Assembly (NCBI RefSeq): GCF_001194135.2
Contig: NC_068991.1
Span: 22,683,170 to 22,737,181 of the forward strand
Origin: Octopus bimaculoides
Lineage: Eukaryota
Length of the DNA stretch: 54,012 nucleotides
Direction of reading: 5' to 3'
Numbering within the stretch: the stretch's first letter is position 1; every line of letters begins with the position of its first letter. The notes under the pieces were generated by a model. The model was not told the origin of the DNA, made no database searches, and was given only the letters and a program-made list of their open reading frames with translations. Both the position numbers and the translations under genes were made by a program. Shown here piece by piece: positions 1 to 13,150 of the stretch.

Positions 1-1
1 C

Positions 2-400
2 TATCAAAATATTAAACATCGTAAACAGTGTCTTGGTAAAAGGGAAAAAGCTCAACCACAACTGAGAAGTGAACTGCATGGACAAAAGTTTTTTCTCTCT
101 ATCTGGTGGAATTGCGAAGGACTAATTCACTTTGAATTGTTACCACCTAATGCAATAATCAATTCTCAAGTCTTCTGTCAGCAATTAGAACATTTGAACC
201 AAGCTTTGAAGAAAAAAAGACCCGCTTTAGTGAATTGAAAAGGAGTGATATTTCATCAGGACAATGTGCAACCTCACACATCACAGGAGATCGAAGAGCT
301 TGGTTGAGAAAAAATTCCTCATCCACCGTATTCTCCAGACCTTGCTCATTCAGACTACCCTTTGTTTCGTAGTGTACAGAATGATTTGGGGGACATAACT
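2..400 (+). mobile_element. Decayed mariner transposase fragment (C-terminal catalytic domain, in-frame stops)
   Basis: Frame 2 reads ..LSIWWNCEGLIHFELLPPNAIINSQVFCQQLEHLNQALKKKRPALVN*KGVIFHQDNVQPHT..G*EKIPHPPYSPDLAHSDYPLFRSVQN, matching the mariner FHQDNARPH and HPPYSPDLAPSDY motifs. Confidence 0.92.
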
Positions 401-907
401 TTCGCAAGCCAGTATGCAAGGAATCCTATGATGGATACCTCTTATTTGTTTAAATGTACACTGTATTTATATGAATAATATATAGTCTATGGACTAAATT
501 TTTTACATGCTAGGCCACTGGTAGTAGAAATTTCTAATATTTCTCACTACCTTTGATATTATTATTTATTGATGATGTTTTTCTGGGTAATTTTTGAATT
601 GAAACGCCTGCATTTTCTATTTACCACCGACAAGGAGCTGTGCTTGCAAAGTAGATTTGAAAAATTAGAAGGTATAAGCATGCGGCATATACTGGATTGC
701 CTCGTATATATATATGTTTAATCTGGGTATGCCTGCTGAAGAAGACTTGTGCCTGGGAGGGGAACTTTCTTGGTGCAATCCCATGGTCATTCATGACTGA
801 AGGGGGTCATTACCCTTTTAGCCCATAAAACTAAATGATGCAAGTATTATGCTAAGCTTTACAAAATATAATTCAGGACTATAAAATTGAGACTATTCAT
901 TATTATC

Positions 908-1320
908 ATTGGCAGAATCATTAGAGCATTGTAAAAAATGCTTTATTCTAGCTCTTTACATTCTCAGTTCAAATCTGCCACAGTTAACTTGACCTTTCAT
1001 CCCTCCAGGGAAGCACTGGAGTCAGTGGTACTGACTATTCCCCTCCCTTCAAAATCGCTGGTGGCATCTCTTCTGGTTTTACGTTATTATTTTTAATATT
1101 TGTAATCCAACCAAAGCTGATAAAATAAGTACCAGCTGAGCATTGGGGTCAATATAATCTACTGTTACATTCTTAATTCAAATTCTCCTGGGGTTGACTT
1201 TGTCTTTCATCCTCTCGTGGTCAATAAAATAAGTACCAGTTGAGCACAAGGGTCAATATAATTGACTGTCTCCTGCCCCAAAATTTCAGGCCTTGTGCCT
1301 ATGGTAGAAAGGATTATTAT
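908..1320 (+). mobile_element. Cluster of tRNA-derived SINE fragments (family with CTTTCATCC..GATAAAATAAGTACCAG core)
   Basis: TGGCAGAATC A-box-like and GTTCAAATC B-box-like motifs; repeated ATAAAATAAGTACCAG core; GGCCTTGTGCC..GAAA tail followed by TTA repeats; same family at 1590-1730 and 12963-13150. Confidence 0.7.
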
Positions 1321-1352
1321 TAATGATGGTGATGATTATGATGATGATGATG

Positions 1353-1391
<39 letters not shown>

Positions 1392-2790
1392 CCCTCTCTG
1401 GAGATTAATTTAAGCTTCCATTTCTCTAGGTTTGACAAGAGTACTTGTCAAGAACTGAGATTGATTTCTCCTCACATAATTTGTGGCCTTGAGCTCAAAG
1501 CTCCAACTAATAATAGTTTATATCATTAATTAGTTGCAAGCATAATAGTGTACTTTGTGGTATTTAGTTACCTCCCCGTGCATTTTGTGTTCAAATCCCA
1601 CTGAAGTAGACTTTGCCTTTCATCTTTCTGGAGTTATTAAAATAACTACCAAACAAGTACTGGTATCTATTATACCACTTACATATCTCCCATAAAATAC
1701 CTGGCATTGTGCCAATGTTAGAAACCCATCATCATTACAGAATCACAGCTACTTGTATAATAATCATTTCTTTATTTGTCACAAGGGTACCAACAGAGAG
1801 CCAGCACAAAGAATCCTTTTAAAAAATGAGGATGATTTCTTGATTTTTTTGTTATAAAATATCAACAGTGATATCAAATGTATAAATAAATTTTTCATTT
1901 ATTTATAAACCTTCAGTAGGTAAAAAAAAACACTTCCAAATCCTAACGAAGAGCTCTCATTATGTTCTAAATTGCTAGCGACTGAACTTCTCCCTCTTAC
2001 TGGTTGAGCAAAAGACACCGATTGAATAAATATCAGACTTCAGAACATATGTACTGGGATCAATTTTTTTCAACTAAACACTTCAAGTTTGGCCAAGCCA
2101 ATGACTGAAACAAGTAAAAGACAGATGGTGAAAAAAAGTTTCATGTATGAAGATGATTAGAGTGGCATCTAGCTTTAGATGTCACTTTTCAAGTTGTCGG
2201 CTGTGAGGACACAAGTACTCCATATGTCAGATGGTCCCTGTCTTTAGGATAGACTTGACCCACAATTAGAGCTCAGTCAAAGTACTCCTTCCCACAGCAG
2301 CTGAATACTTTTGTGAGGAGTATCTCAAAAGAGATGACCACATTTACATATCATCCTGTAATCTCTGCCTGAGTATCCACAATCAGTGGTGTATCTTGTG
2401 TATTGTATTAATGGTTTCTTAAGAGACATTGCCATTTTTGTAGAAGCAGAGATGTACCCAATTAAAGTGAACATAGTCAACTCCAGTATAATTTAATCTC
2501 AGAACATTGAGAAATAAGATTAGAGTAAATCATTAAATCCATGCCACTAACACTTTCATTAGTAACAATAGTAATGGCAAGCAAGCCTATGAGTGAACTT
2601 TTACCTGGCTGCATAACCTGCTGGAAATAGAAGCTAAATTTCCCTCAAGTCTCACTCTGCTATCTTGGGAAAGCCATGTTGATAATATGGCAATGGTTTG
2701 GAATGCCTTTGATGATTTACTAGCCTTACTAGAGCTAACTTGGGGTTAAACAACAATATGATATTGATGGTACTAATTACATACATGGAT

Positions 2791-2837
<47 letters not shown>

Positions 2838-3571
2838 ATATGAGGTTTTTCAAAGGAACATAAAATGGATAATTGTCATCTTATTGACCCTGTCAGAGGT
2901 TTCAGGAATTAATAAATGAATGTTTAATAGATTTATTGTATATTGATGAATTATTTCTAGAGTATTAACCTCATCTTTTTTGTCATTATGGACAATAATT
3001 TGAATTGTTTGTTCTGTGATCATCATTAGGTTTCTGATTATTATATATGTACGTTGTCCCATACTGAATTTGAACTACAAAGGATTTGAAAATTCAAATG
3101 AGCCTATACCCAAATATTTGTGCATTTTAGCACAGTGCCCCAGCATGGCTGCAGTCTAATGACTGAAACGGATAAAAGATTTATCTTTAATTTGTCAGTA
3201 GCCATATCCGTATTGAGCATATATAAGCACTGAATTTACTGGTTTGGTTATCTGTTAGTTCTGTATGTCCTGCTTCTTTGATATTCCTGAGTTTCTTTGT
3301 TCTTTTGTAATGGACCTGTATTCCATACTGATATAGGATTTCCTTTGATGCACGGTTTGTGCTCAGCTATTCCTGATTTTGGCATTTCGCCATTCATTAG
3401 TCATGTAGTGATTATGATGGATGTAAATCTTCATACTTCATACCACTCTTGAGTAAGTGATACTCTGGTGAGAAATCTACAGAGTATAGTGTTACTCATG
3501 AACATTGTTCTAACATTATATATTCCACAAATTCTTTTTTTTTTTTTTTTTTTAAGAAGTTCACTTAGATG

Positions 3572-3735
3572 CAGGCATGATTGTGTGGTTAAGGTGACCT
3601 CTGAACCACATGGCTGTGAGTTCAGTCCTACTGAGTGAACATTGTTAGCTAACATTTTATACTCTAGCCACAGGTCAACCAATACCCTGTGAGTTAGACT
3701 AGTTGACAGAAACTGAAGAAGCCTGTTGTCTGTGT
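3572..3735 (+). mobile_element. Diverged 5' half of the main tRNA-derived SINE
   Basis: Aligns by eye to 33219-33380 (TGTGTGGTTAAG, GAGTTCAGTCC, GAAACTGAAGAAGCC). Confidence 0.65.
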
Positions 3736-4322
3736 GTATGTAAGTTCATATTTTTCCCTTGTCTTTACATATTCATTGACTGTAAATAAAACTAAAGCCT
3801 TGCTATCAATACAGACAGTGTCTTATGCTTGCAGCCAACTGTGAAAGCACATCTGACATCTGAGTTTCTTGACATGTTGCATGTTCTTTGTAAACAAAAG
3901 AGGCTGGTAATTTGTCTGGAATCTTCTTGATATATACAGAACGGCAGTAGAAAGCCAGCAAAAATAAATCTAAGCTGATAAACAATCAGAAACACCAGTG
4001 TCAGTTTCAGTTCAATGTGGCTGCCATTACTGAAAATGTGAAACTGTATTGTAAAATTACTCTTATATTTGCATATGTGTGATTGAATTAGTAGATTAGG
4101 ACTTTAATCACTGAAATGGCTATGCATTCGCTTTTCAATCACAGGATTCAGGATTTGATCCTACTGCATGGCACATGACCAAGTGTTTTGTACCAAAACC
4201 TTGTGAATGAAATTATGTTGATAGGAGCTGTTTTTGAAGCCTGTCAAAATGTATCTGTTCTTAGTAGTCACCTAATTTTAGCCCTTGAATACCTCTAGTA
4301 AAGCCCACTCTGTTGCAAGTAT

Positions 4323-4527
4323 TTAACCCCTTAGCATCCAGATTACTCTGTCAAATATAATGTTTATATAATGTTTAACAATGTTCAGAATTAATCATGT
4401 ATTATCTTGTAGCTTCAAGAATTCAGTGGTGTGATTATTTTTAGATTGACATTGAAGGGTATGTGTGAGATAGCAGATCAGGCTGGTTTCAACATAAAGC
4501 AGGCAAGGTTAACTGCCAAAGGGCTAA
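4323..4527. mobile_element. piggyBac-like non-autonomous element (MITE)
   Basis: TTAA-CCCCTTAGCA ... TGCCAAAGGG-CTAA termini; a reverse-oriented copy of the same sequence lies at ~39880-40097 and ends GAAGGG-TTAA. Confidence 0.6.
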
Positions 4528-4866
4528 AACTATCTATCCTAACCTGAGCATATCTTAATTCACTGCTCCTTTCTATGGCAACTCATTAGTGAATTGACTG
4601 CCTTTAAGGCTTTGGATAGAATGCTTCACAGTAGTTCTGAGTCTATGTACTCTGAGTTCAAATCCTATCAAAATCAACTTTTCTTTTTCATCCATTCGGA
4701 ATCAATAAAACAAGTACCAGTCCAGACTGTAGATAGGCAAAACTGTTAGCAAGTCAACCAAAGATACCTCAGGTTATCTGTTTCAGCTCATTGCGTTTTG
4801 ACCAGAGCACTTACAATGAAATTTGGTGCCAAATTGTATTAGCCTAAGTTAGCTGTTTATCCTTTT

Positions 4867-4950
4867 CATCGGCAACAGCTATAATCTTCCTGGAAAAAAA
4901 ATTTACTTGCATCAGCAACAGCTATAATCTTCCTGGAAAATATTTTACTG
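4867..4950. repeat. 43-bp tandem duplication
   Basis: CATC(G/A)GCAACAGCTATAATCTTCCTGGAAAA occurs twice, 43 bp apart. Confidence 0.9.
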
Positions 4951-5364
4951 AGGCCTACACATACGTGATGCTATCTACTGGTGCTTTTGTCCTAAGGTAC
5001 ATGGTCAAGCTTCCCTAATGAATGGAGACCTTATATAACTCATATGTCATTGTTTTGTTCTCCTTCTTTACACCTACATACACATACCAAACTTGGAGGC
5101 CCTGCAAAGATCATGGACTCCTGATTAAACATATTTTTAGCAAATTACCATTTCTAAATAAGCTATCCAAGTTGAGTCCAGATTGAGACATTGTTCATGT
5201 TGAAATTGATGATGATTATTTCGATGGAGATGTTTTGGAAAGTAAAATAAACAAAAAATGATGAGGTTGATAATTCAGAAAACTTAATTTATTGCAACTC
5301 ATATCACAGGTTTAGATATTTATACTAAATTTTGTAGTTGGTTTTAAATTGCCCTGATTGTTCT

Positions 5365-5438
5365 TTTTCTTCTTCTTCTTCTTCTTCTTCTTCTTCTTCT
5401 TGTTCTTCTTCTTGTTCTTCTTCTTCTTCTTCTTCTTC

Positions 5439-5481
<43 letters not shown>

Positions 5482-5483
5482 CA

Positions 5484-5527
<44 letters not shown>

Positions 5528-5547
5528 GTTATTATTATTATTATAAT
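5365..5547. repeat. Compound (TTC)n/(TTA)n microsatellite
   Basis: Directly visible; explains the poly-S/Y/F/L ORFs. Confidence 0.97.
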
Positions 5548-5693
5548 TACATGCAATTGAATTGTACTGGATTTGTTAATTTCAAAAGTGGTCTCACTAA
5601 TTTTCTTTACATGCATTCACTACTCCCCTTCTTTCTCATACATACACACATAAATACATATCTCTCTCTCTCTCTCTCTCTCTNNNNNNNNNN

Positions 5694-5734
<41 letters not shown>

Positions 5735-6177
5735 CACTCTATTATCCTTTCTTTAGATATCTCTTTTCTTTCTCTCTCTCCCCACATATATTCACTCCTC
5801 TGTAATTCTATCTCTCTTGTTCCTGTATATCTACCATTATATCTCTCTGTCTTCAGCATGCAGATAAATGCTTGGGTTATTTTCCATTCAATATCTTGTT
5901 TGTTTGTTTTTTTGTTTTCAAATATTTGTTTTTATTTATTTGTTGTTTTGTTGCATTACTGTTACATTTTGTTTGTTTTTTGATTTACATATATTTTATA
6001 TTCATATTTTTTTAATTACAAGCTTTTGATTGTCTCATTTAAGTTAAAATTGTAACTAACTATATGACTCCTCTTCTGTTCTCTATACCTATACATATTT
6101 ACACATACATGCAGATACACATACAGTAATACTCACCTATACTCTTATCATTCCCATTTGTGTGTGTGTATGTATAT

Positions 6178-6218
<41 letters not shown>

Positions 6219-7899
6219 TGCATTTGGATATGCAAACAACAGCAAAAAAATAATCACTCCATGCACATGGTAAGTTTTAATTGTTTATTCAAAGCTAAGG
6301 TTTTAAAGTTGTCACTATTCTGAGTTTTTGATTTTGAACTTATTCTTCAAGGCATTTTGAAGAATGTTATAAAAAAATTGGAAACCCCAAACAGTGATGC
6401 AGTAAAGTCCTGGCTTTGTGAGAGTGAGTGAGTGCAAGCATATATTAACTCAGAGACAATACCAACTTCATTCCACAAGCTAAGAAATAACACTCATGAG
6501 ATNNNNNNNNNNNNNNNNNNNNNNNNNNNNNNNNNNNNNNNNNNNNNNNNNNNNNNNNNNNNNNNNNNNNNNNNNNNNNNNNNNNNNNNNNNNNNNNNNN
6601 NNNNNNNNNNNNNNNNNNNNNNNNNNNNNNNNNNNNNNNNNNNNNNNNNNNNNNNNNNNNNNNNNNNNNNNNNNNNNNNNNNNNNNNNNNNNNNNNNNNN
6701 NNNNNNNNNNNNNNNNNNNNNNNNNNNNNNNNNNNNNNNNNNNNNNNNNNNNNNNNNNNNNNNNNNNNNNNNNNNNNNNNNNNNNNNNNNNNNNNNNNNN
6801 NNNNNNNNNNNNNNNNNNNNNNNNNNNNNNNNNNNNNNNNNNNNNNNNNNNNNNNNNNNNNNNNNNNNNNNNNNNNNNNNNNNNNNNNNNNNNNNNNNNN
6901 NNNNNNNNNNNNNNNNNNNNNNNNNNNNNNNNNNNNNNNNNNNNNNNNNNNNNNNNNNNNNNNNNNNNNNNNNNNNNNNNNNNNNNNNNNNNNNNNNNNN
7001 NNNNNNNNNNNNNNNNNNNNNNNNNNNNNNNNNNNNNNNNNNNNNNNNNNNNNNNNNNNNNNNNNNNNNNNNNNNNNNNNNNNNNNNNNNNNNNNNNNNN
7101 NNNNNNNNNNNNNNNNNNNNNNNNNNNNNNNNNNNNNNNNNNNNNNNNNNNNNNNNNNNNNNNNNNNNNNNNNNNNNNNNNNNNNNNNNNNNNNNNNNNN
7201 CAAAGACATCTGGGCTATGAAAGGTCTTTGTATATTTTGTTGGTCGTAACTATTCCTACCGGTATGTAATTCCTGACAAGGAATCTAATTTTTATTTCAT
7301 GAAGAGTTTTCCATTTATATCTTTGGAATTAATTAGACTCCGAAGCAATTTGTAGAATGTATATTGGTTCTGTACCAACTTGGATTATGAATTGAATTAA
7401 AGTTCATCTACACTTACAATTTTTCCTTTCCTTATACTTCATTTATATATATATATATATAAAATCTTGTGTGTGTGTGTCTAAATGAATTGATTAGTGT
7501 CAGAACTTCAAAGTGTTCTTGATGTTCTCTGTAGAATTAGAAACCAGTTCCTGTCTGTTCTCCCTCATTTTTCTTACATATTGTACTTCAATTAATGGGC
7601 TCCAATTAATTTAGTCTGTAGTAGTAAACACTATATTAGATTAGACTGTGGTGATATACTTTCTTTGACTATTCAGTGACTATTCATTGTTTTTCAGATA
7701 CACTCTGGCAACATTTTCTATTGGTGTATTCTTTCATTTCTTACTAAATATATTTTTGCTTAATAAATGTTATTCTACTTTATAATTCCTCCATTTAATT
7801 TTTATTTTGTTGTTAGCATCTGAATGTTCCACAAATGTTATCAATATTATGCATTCTGTCAATTGTTATTGATTAATCTATAGGTGTTATTTATAATCA

Positions 7900-9060
7900 A
7901 TATTACTGTTTGATTACTATTTGATTATCTACAGTTTAGTGATAGCAGATGGTGTACAAATTATGAATGGATGACCTTCATATATAGTACGGAGACCAAA
8001 GAGCCTAGAGTTAACTGTTGGATAGTCTGCAAGCAAGTGATACTTAATGGTCTTTATTATACCACTTCGTTAATCTGTTGATGGTATTGGAATCACATGA
8101 TTTTTGATGTTACAATATTTGATGTTACACAGATTTTCACGGTCATTGGACCTGCAGTGACCTACTACCATAAATATTGTCCATTTCCTTGAAAATTTAT
8201 GCTACTTGTAAATTTTCAATAATTGTCTAACATTCATTTCACATTTTCAAACTTCTTTACTGAATACAGTTCTTTTGTTATGCCTCTTTCATTACATTCA
8301 GTAGTGTGGATCATTGCCTTAGCTTTAGATGTATGGATCATTGTCAAGTGTTTAGTCATGTTGATTATTGCCATGTGTTTTGATGTGTGGATCACAGCAG
8401 AGCTTCTTTGATAAAAATGAATCAACCTAACAGCAATATGGAGCCTTATTTTCCTAAAGTAGCTTGTTAAGACTGTGAAAGGAATATGACAAGATGTTCT
8501 GCAGTAAATCAATTGGATTATTAAGAGACTTATCGCTATACATATTTGAAGGCTCACTTGAAGCTGAGCTCTCTAAATCTCTTGTCAGCTGTGACCAATC
8601 AGACATACAATCAAAGCCAGTGATAAAAATCCTACTCTTCATACATGTATACATTATTCTACTTGTCCTTAATTGATGATTTGACTATTATTTCTAGTAA
8701 GTAGTGTCTTCAGAGAGGCTCCCTCATTAACTTAAGTCCTCCATGGTACACTGTAGACCTAATATCCAAGGTGAGTGTTCTTCCCACAATGTTAAATAAT
8801 GACATTTGGAATAATTATGGTTGAGATAAATATCAGAAACCAGAAAAAGGTTAAATTATGAGTAGCTATTAGATCTTAGAATAAGGGAATAGATGTGTTT
8901 GATGTCAATATACATTTGTGAAGTCTCTTTCCATTGTACAGTTGTATATCCTTTTTCAACATCTGTCATATTGTGAAATTTAAAGAATGGTTCAAGTGTT
9001 GTGCAACAGATGCCCTTATCTTTATTTGAACTCGTGGAACTACAATGTAACACTTCATGG
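7900..9060 (-). mobile_element. Possible heavily decayed retroelement (Penelope-like RT?) containing a 27-bp x ~3.5 tandem repeat at 8304-8403
   Basis: Weak minus-strand similarity (TLGSLVSVLYMK, later VDN) to RT GSPLSP..YM and YVDD motifs. The 27-bp repeat (GTGTGGATCATTGCC..) is seen directly. Confidence 0.25.
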
Positions 9061-12000
9061 CCTCAACTCAAAATGTTGTATCATGTTTTACATTTGGTAA
9101 TAATTTCTAAAGCATAATTGGTGAGTCATATTCCTTAACTGTATAAAAGAGAAAACTAAAGGAATTTCAATTCATTAATATAGACCTGTTACTTTTAAGC
9201 TCCTAAAACACTCACCCCTCAAAAATAACTATGATAGCTCAAACATATGCATTCTAATTGATTTTTTTTTTCATTATTATTATCATGATTGTTGTTTTAA
9301 TTTCTGGAATTTTTTTTCCATCCCTGTTGGTATTAGTTGGATGGGCCATGGGTTAAATTGTTTACAGCTTCTCTATTATACAGATCATCTATTTTCTTTC
9401 AGTGTCTTTCATTTAGAAGAATGTCTTCTGTCATATCCCACCCCTTGCCTCATTACCTAACCAAAATTTTCATCTCTTGATATTCCAGTTGCATCTTTTT
9501 GTTTAAAAACAGGTCTTTGTGTACAATTCATTATCTTGAGCAATTTACTGGCAAGTTGAATGAAATTAATCCTTTTGGTTTTTGTTGTTTAATTTAATAT
9601 TCTTCTCTCTTAATATTCTTTTTAAAAAAATATTTTTGCATGTTTCTACCTTTTCTGCTTGAACTACATCTCAGACTGTTTTATTCTGTCAGAATAACAT
9701 TTTATTTTCAATAAGATTATAATTTTGAGAGCTGTTTACTTCATTTTTAAAGATGAGATTTTTAATATTTACATCTGCACTGTTTCAGTAAGTTTAATCT
9801 ATGATATTCATCAGGTTTCTTACTTCTAGGTATGTACATTATACTAGACTAGATTCAAACTTGTAACCTTTATTCCTAAACTAAGGATACTAATGTTTTT
9901 ATCCATTGGGACATTGTTGCATATAGTTTATAAAAGTTCCTAGTTCAAATTTTGTTTAGTATTATGTAGATATTTAGAAATAAGTTACCTGAAGATGATC
10001 AGAGATCAAACTGATTGAATCATAGTAGAGATATACATATTAAATATAAATTTCATTTTTAAAGTTAAGATTTAAGTCTGAAAAATTGTCTCATTAATAA
10101 ATGACTCATCTCCAACATTTACGCATTTAGTTTCTTTTATTTTGTCTTTTTTATTCCATGCTCTCAATATTATTCAACTGACAATTTTTTTCTTGTATGT
10201 TTGCCAGAGTGGATTCTCATTTAACCAACATATAATCTTGCCTATTTTAAATCAATGCTCTACAAATCAAAATATCTTATATGTTCTGTTTTATTTTCGG
10301 TTGTTTAAAAGCTGAAAGAAAAGAAAAAAAATTCAACATAAAATTTGAAAATTTAATGTTAGTATTTTCTGAGCAAAATATCCTTCTAGTCTTTCTTTCA
10401 TACGATATTCATTTTTCGGATAACAAAGTTGGTTTAAATTGTCTTCTTTTCACTATTACCAGGTGAGATTTGTGTTAAAATTGTTGATGGTTTTTTTTTT
10501 TTTTGGTTTTTTTCCTATAGATTCTGAAAAAGTGACAAAAAATATTTTAAAAAACTGAAAGAAAATACTTTTCCTTTGTGTTTTTTCCCATTTTATTCTC
10601 TGTTTTACATTATTACTATTGCATTAGTCTTGTTTGTGTTCAAAATTAAAAACATTAGTGTATGCGTGTGGAATAATATATGGCAACATTTGTATGTGTG
10701 AGCATTTCATTACTAGATTTGTGCTGGGGGGTTTTTTTTTTGGTTTTTATTTTTTGTTACTGACCATCATATTGCACCATGCTTTCTGAACACCTCCACC
10801 CTCTATGCAGTCCCTACAATAAAAACTCTGCTGCCACCACCAGTCCCCCACAATGTAGTTGTGCTACTCAAAAGCTGAAGCCGGTCATCACGCTTATTAT
10901 GTCTATTATATTGCATCCACCATCAACCAACCACACACATTGAGACTGCTTCGTTCAGATGTCTCTGTCTATCTCACTCCCTTGCTCTATTTGGTACTCT
11001 TCTTAGCAAGACTCCAATATGAATATCTTTACTGACTTGGACACCATATTCATGCTCACAGTTACATATATTTACATACACATGAATGGTTAGATGTGTT
11101 GAGTTTAATCTTCATAATCATTCTTCTTCCAACACTTTTTTTTTTTTGTATTTTTTTTTAACTGTGTAGGTGACACACAATTGTTAGATTCTCTAAATTA
11201 ACCTATGATAATTATAGTATTTCAACCTATTAATGTTTCCAAAGAAAAAAATGTCTAAAGCACTACATTTAAAAACATAACCGTATAGGATGGTGCCACT
11301 GAGTAAGGTCAGTGACTGCAGAGTTCCATCATTGAAACTAAGTTGTCAGTATAAAACAAAATAAAACAAAAATATTTGATTATCCTCTTTAAACAATGTA
11401 TTGTAATATGGTTGTTTTAATTTTAAAACATTTTTATCTGATCTACAAGGATCTAAACTCTTAAAATATTTGTAGTTTCTGTCCAAAATATTTAACTAAA
11501 AATGATCTGATTCTTGTAAAAGTCAGCAGCTGTTTTCTTTCTGTTGAGTAAAAAGGTTATGAATTAAGGCCTTGTTATTAATATTAGTGTATCTGTCCAT
11601 GTGTAAAATGAATCCTGTTTTAATTGTACTGGTTTAGATTAAATTTTCTCATGGAAAATTAAAAAAAATTTTCTGATTTTTAATTGGATTTTGCCTCTTT
11701 ATTCTGCTCTTCCTGATTGTGAAAAATGTTATAGTTCAGGTGAAAATATTAGATGCAGTCATTTACTTACATCACATTTTAAAGATGTTTATTCTGACAA
11801 ATTTCCTAGATTTCTTTAAAAAACACAAATTGATGAAAGAATTTGCTGTTTTAGCTGTCATGTGACATTATTTTCCATTTACAATATAAAATTTTGTACT
11901 CCAAATGTTGTGCACATTCTGAGATGCAGAGCAGCAAATGTAATATTTATATGCTACACATTGATTATCATTATGGTTGTAATAAAGCAATGTGTTTTGG

Positions 12001-12399
12001 GTGAGCCAAGTTCATGGCCTGGTTTCAATTCCAAGTCAGAACAAGGTCTCTGACAATCTAGAGAAAGGCCTCAACGTCCCACATGCCATCTTCTCTCTCA
12101 TATACATTTCAAGTTTTCATTTCTCCTGGTCAAATACCAATAAGATAGTGATTCAATTGGCTAAACTATTTGCTCCTTAGAGAAATTATTTTTGTTGTTA
12201 AGGTGGTGGTGTGACAGAAACACTAAAGCAGCAAGCTAAATGCTTTCCAATATTTCGTTTCATACCAGATCAACTTTACCTCTTTCAATTTTCTCTCACA
12301 GTTAAAAAAGATCTATTAGTCATTACTGGAGCTAATCTAACAAATTATACCCCCCTCCTATAACTTGTGACCCTAATTCAATCTAAGGAATTGCTATTT

Positions 12400-12908
12400 T
12401 GTTTTTATTTTTATCTCAAGTTTTGTTGTAACTCCTGGAGTCTCGCATACATAGTGGGTTTGCTGCCTGCAGCCTACAGTACCATGCTATTTGCTCTTTT
12501 CAACTATCTAATACTTTCCTGATTATTCTGGCCATGCCAAGGGGGCAAACCTTTTGTAACAGTTCTACTGGGCACACTATTCCTTTATATTCCTCTTGGT
12601 GCTTTCTGATACTGTCCCCAAGGATCCAACAATAATTGCCACTATCTTCACCTTTTCCATAGCCGTGCTATTTCATACTTAAGAGGATTGTATATGTCTA
12701 TTTTTTCACCTTCCTTCTTGACTATTTGTGGGTCGAAGGGCCATACAACATCAACTATATAGCACATATGGTGCATCTTGTCCAGTCTCTTATGCTCTAA
12801 CATCTGATCTGTTTGGATTGGGAAATCCCAGAGGATTTTGCAAGTCTCCAACTCCGCCACTCTCTGCTGTTTATGCTCATACCATATCTCGCCTCTTCTA
12901 GCCCTCAC
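12400..12908 (-). mobile_element. 5'-truncated RLE-type non-LTR retrotransposon (R4/NeSL-like) 3' end
   Basis: KILWDFPIQTDQMLEHKRLD..CYIVDVVWPFD..EKIDIYNPLKYEIARLW; after a frameshift VKIVAIIVGSLG..VELLQKVCPLGMARIIRKVLDS*: typical restriction-like endonuclease C-terminus. Confidence 0.88.
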
Positions 12909-12926
12909 TTTTCATCATCCTCATCA

Positions 12927-12961
<35 letters not shown>

Positions 12962-12962
12962 T

Positions 12963-13150
12963 GTAAGGCGGTAAGCTGGCAGAATCGTTTGTACACCAGG
13001 CAAAATGCATAGCAGCATTTTATCCATCGTTATGTTCATTCTTTTGGGGTTGATAAAATAAGTACTAGTTGAACACCTGGATTGATGTAATCAACTTACC
13101 CTCTCCCTTGAACTTTCTGGCCTTGTGCCAAAATTTGAAACCATTATTAT
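12963..13150 (+). mobile_element. tRNA-derived SINE (same family as 908-1320)
   Basis: AAGGCGGTAAGCTGGCAGAATCG head, GATAAAATAAGTAC core, GGCCTTGTGCCAAAATTTGAAACC tail. Confidence 0.75.

Noticed and set aside
6432-7269. Long ORFs full of X (also 24300-25504, 31477-32254, 40755-41138, 48598-49131)
   Set aside because: They are artefacts of assembly N gaps
9780-9815. Minus-strand CTGATGA followed 21 nt later by GAAAC
   Set aside because: No stem II pairing between the boxes
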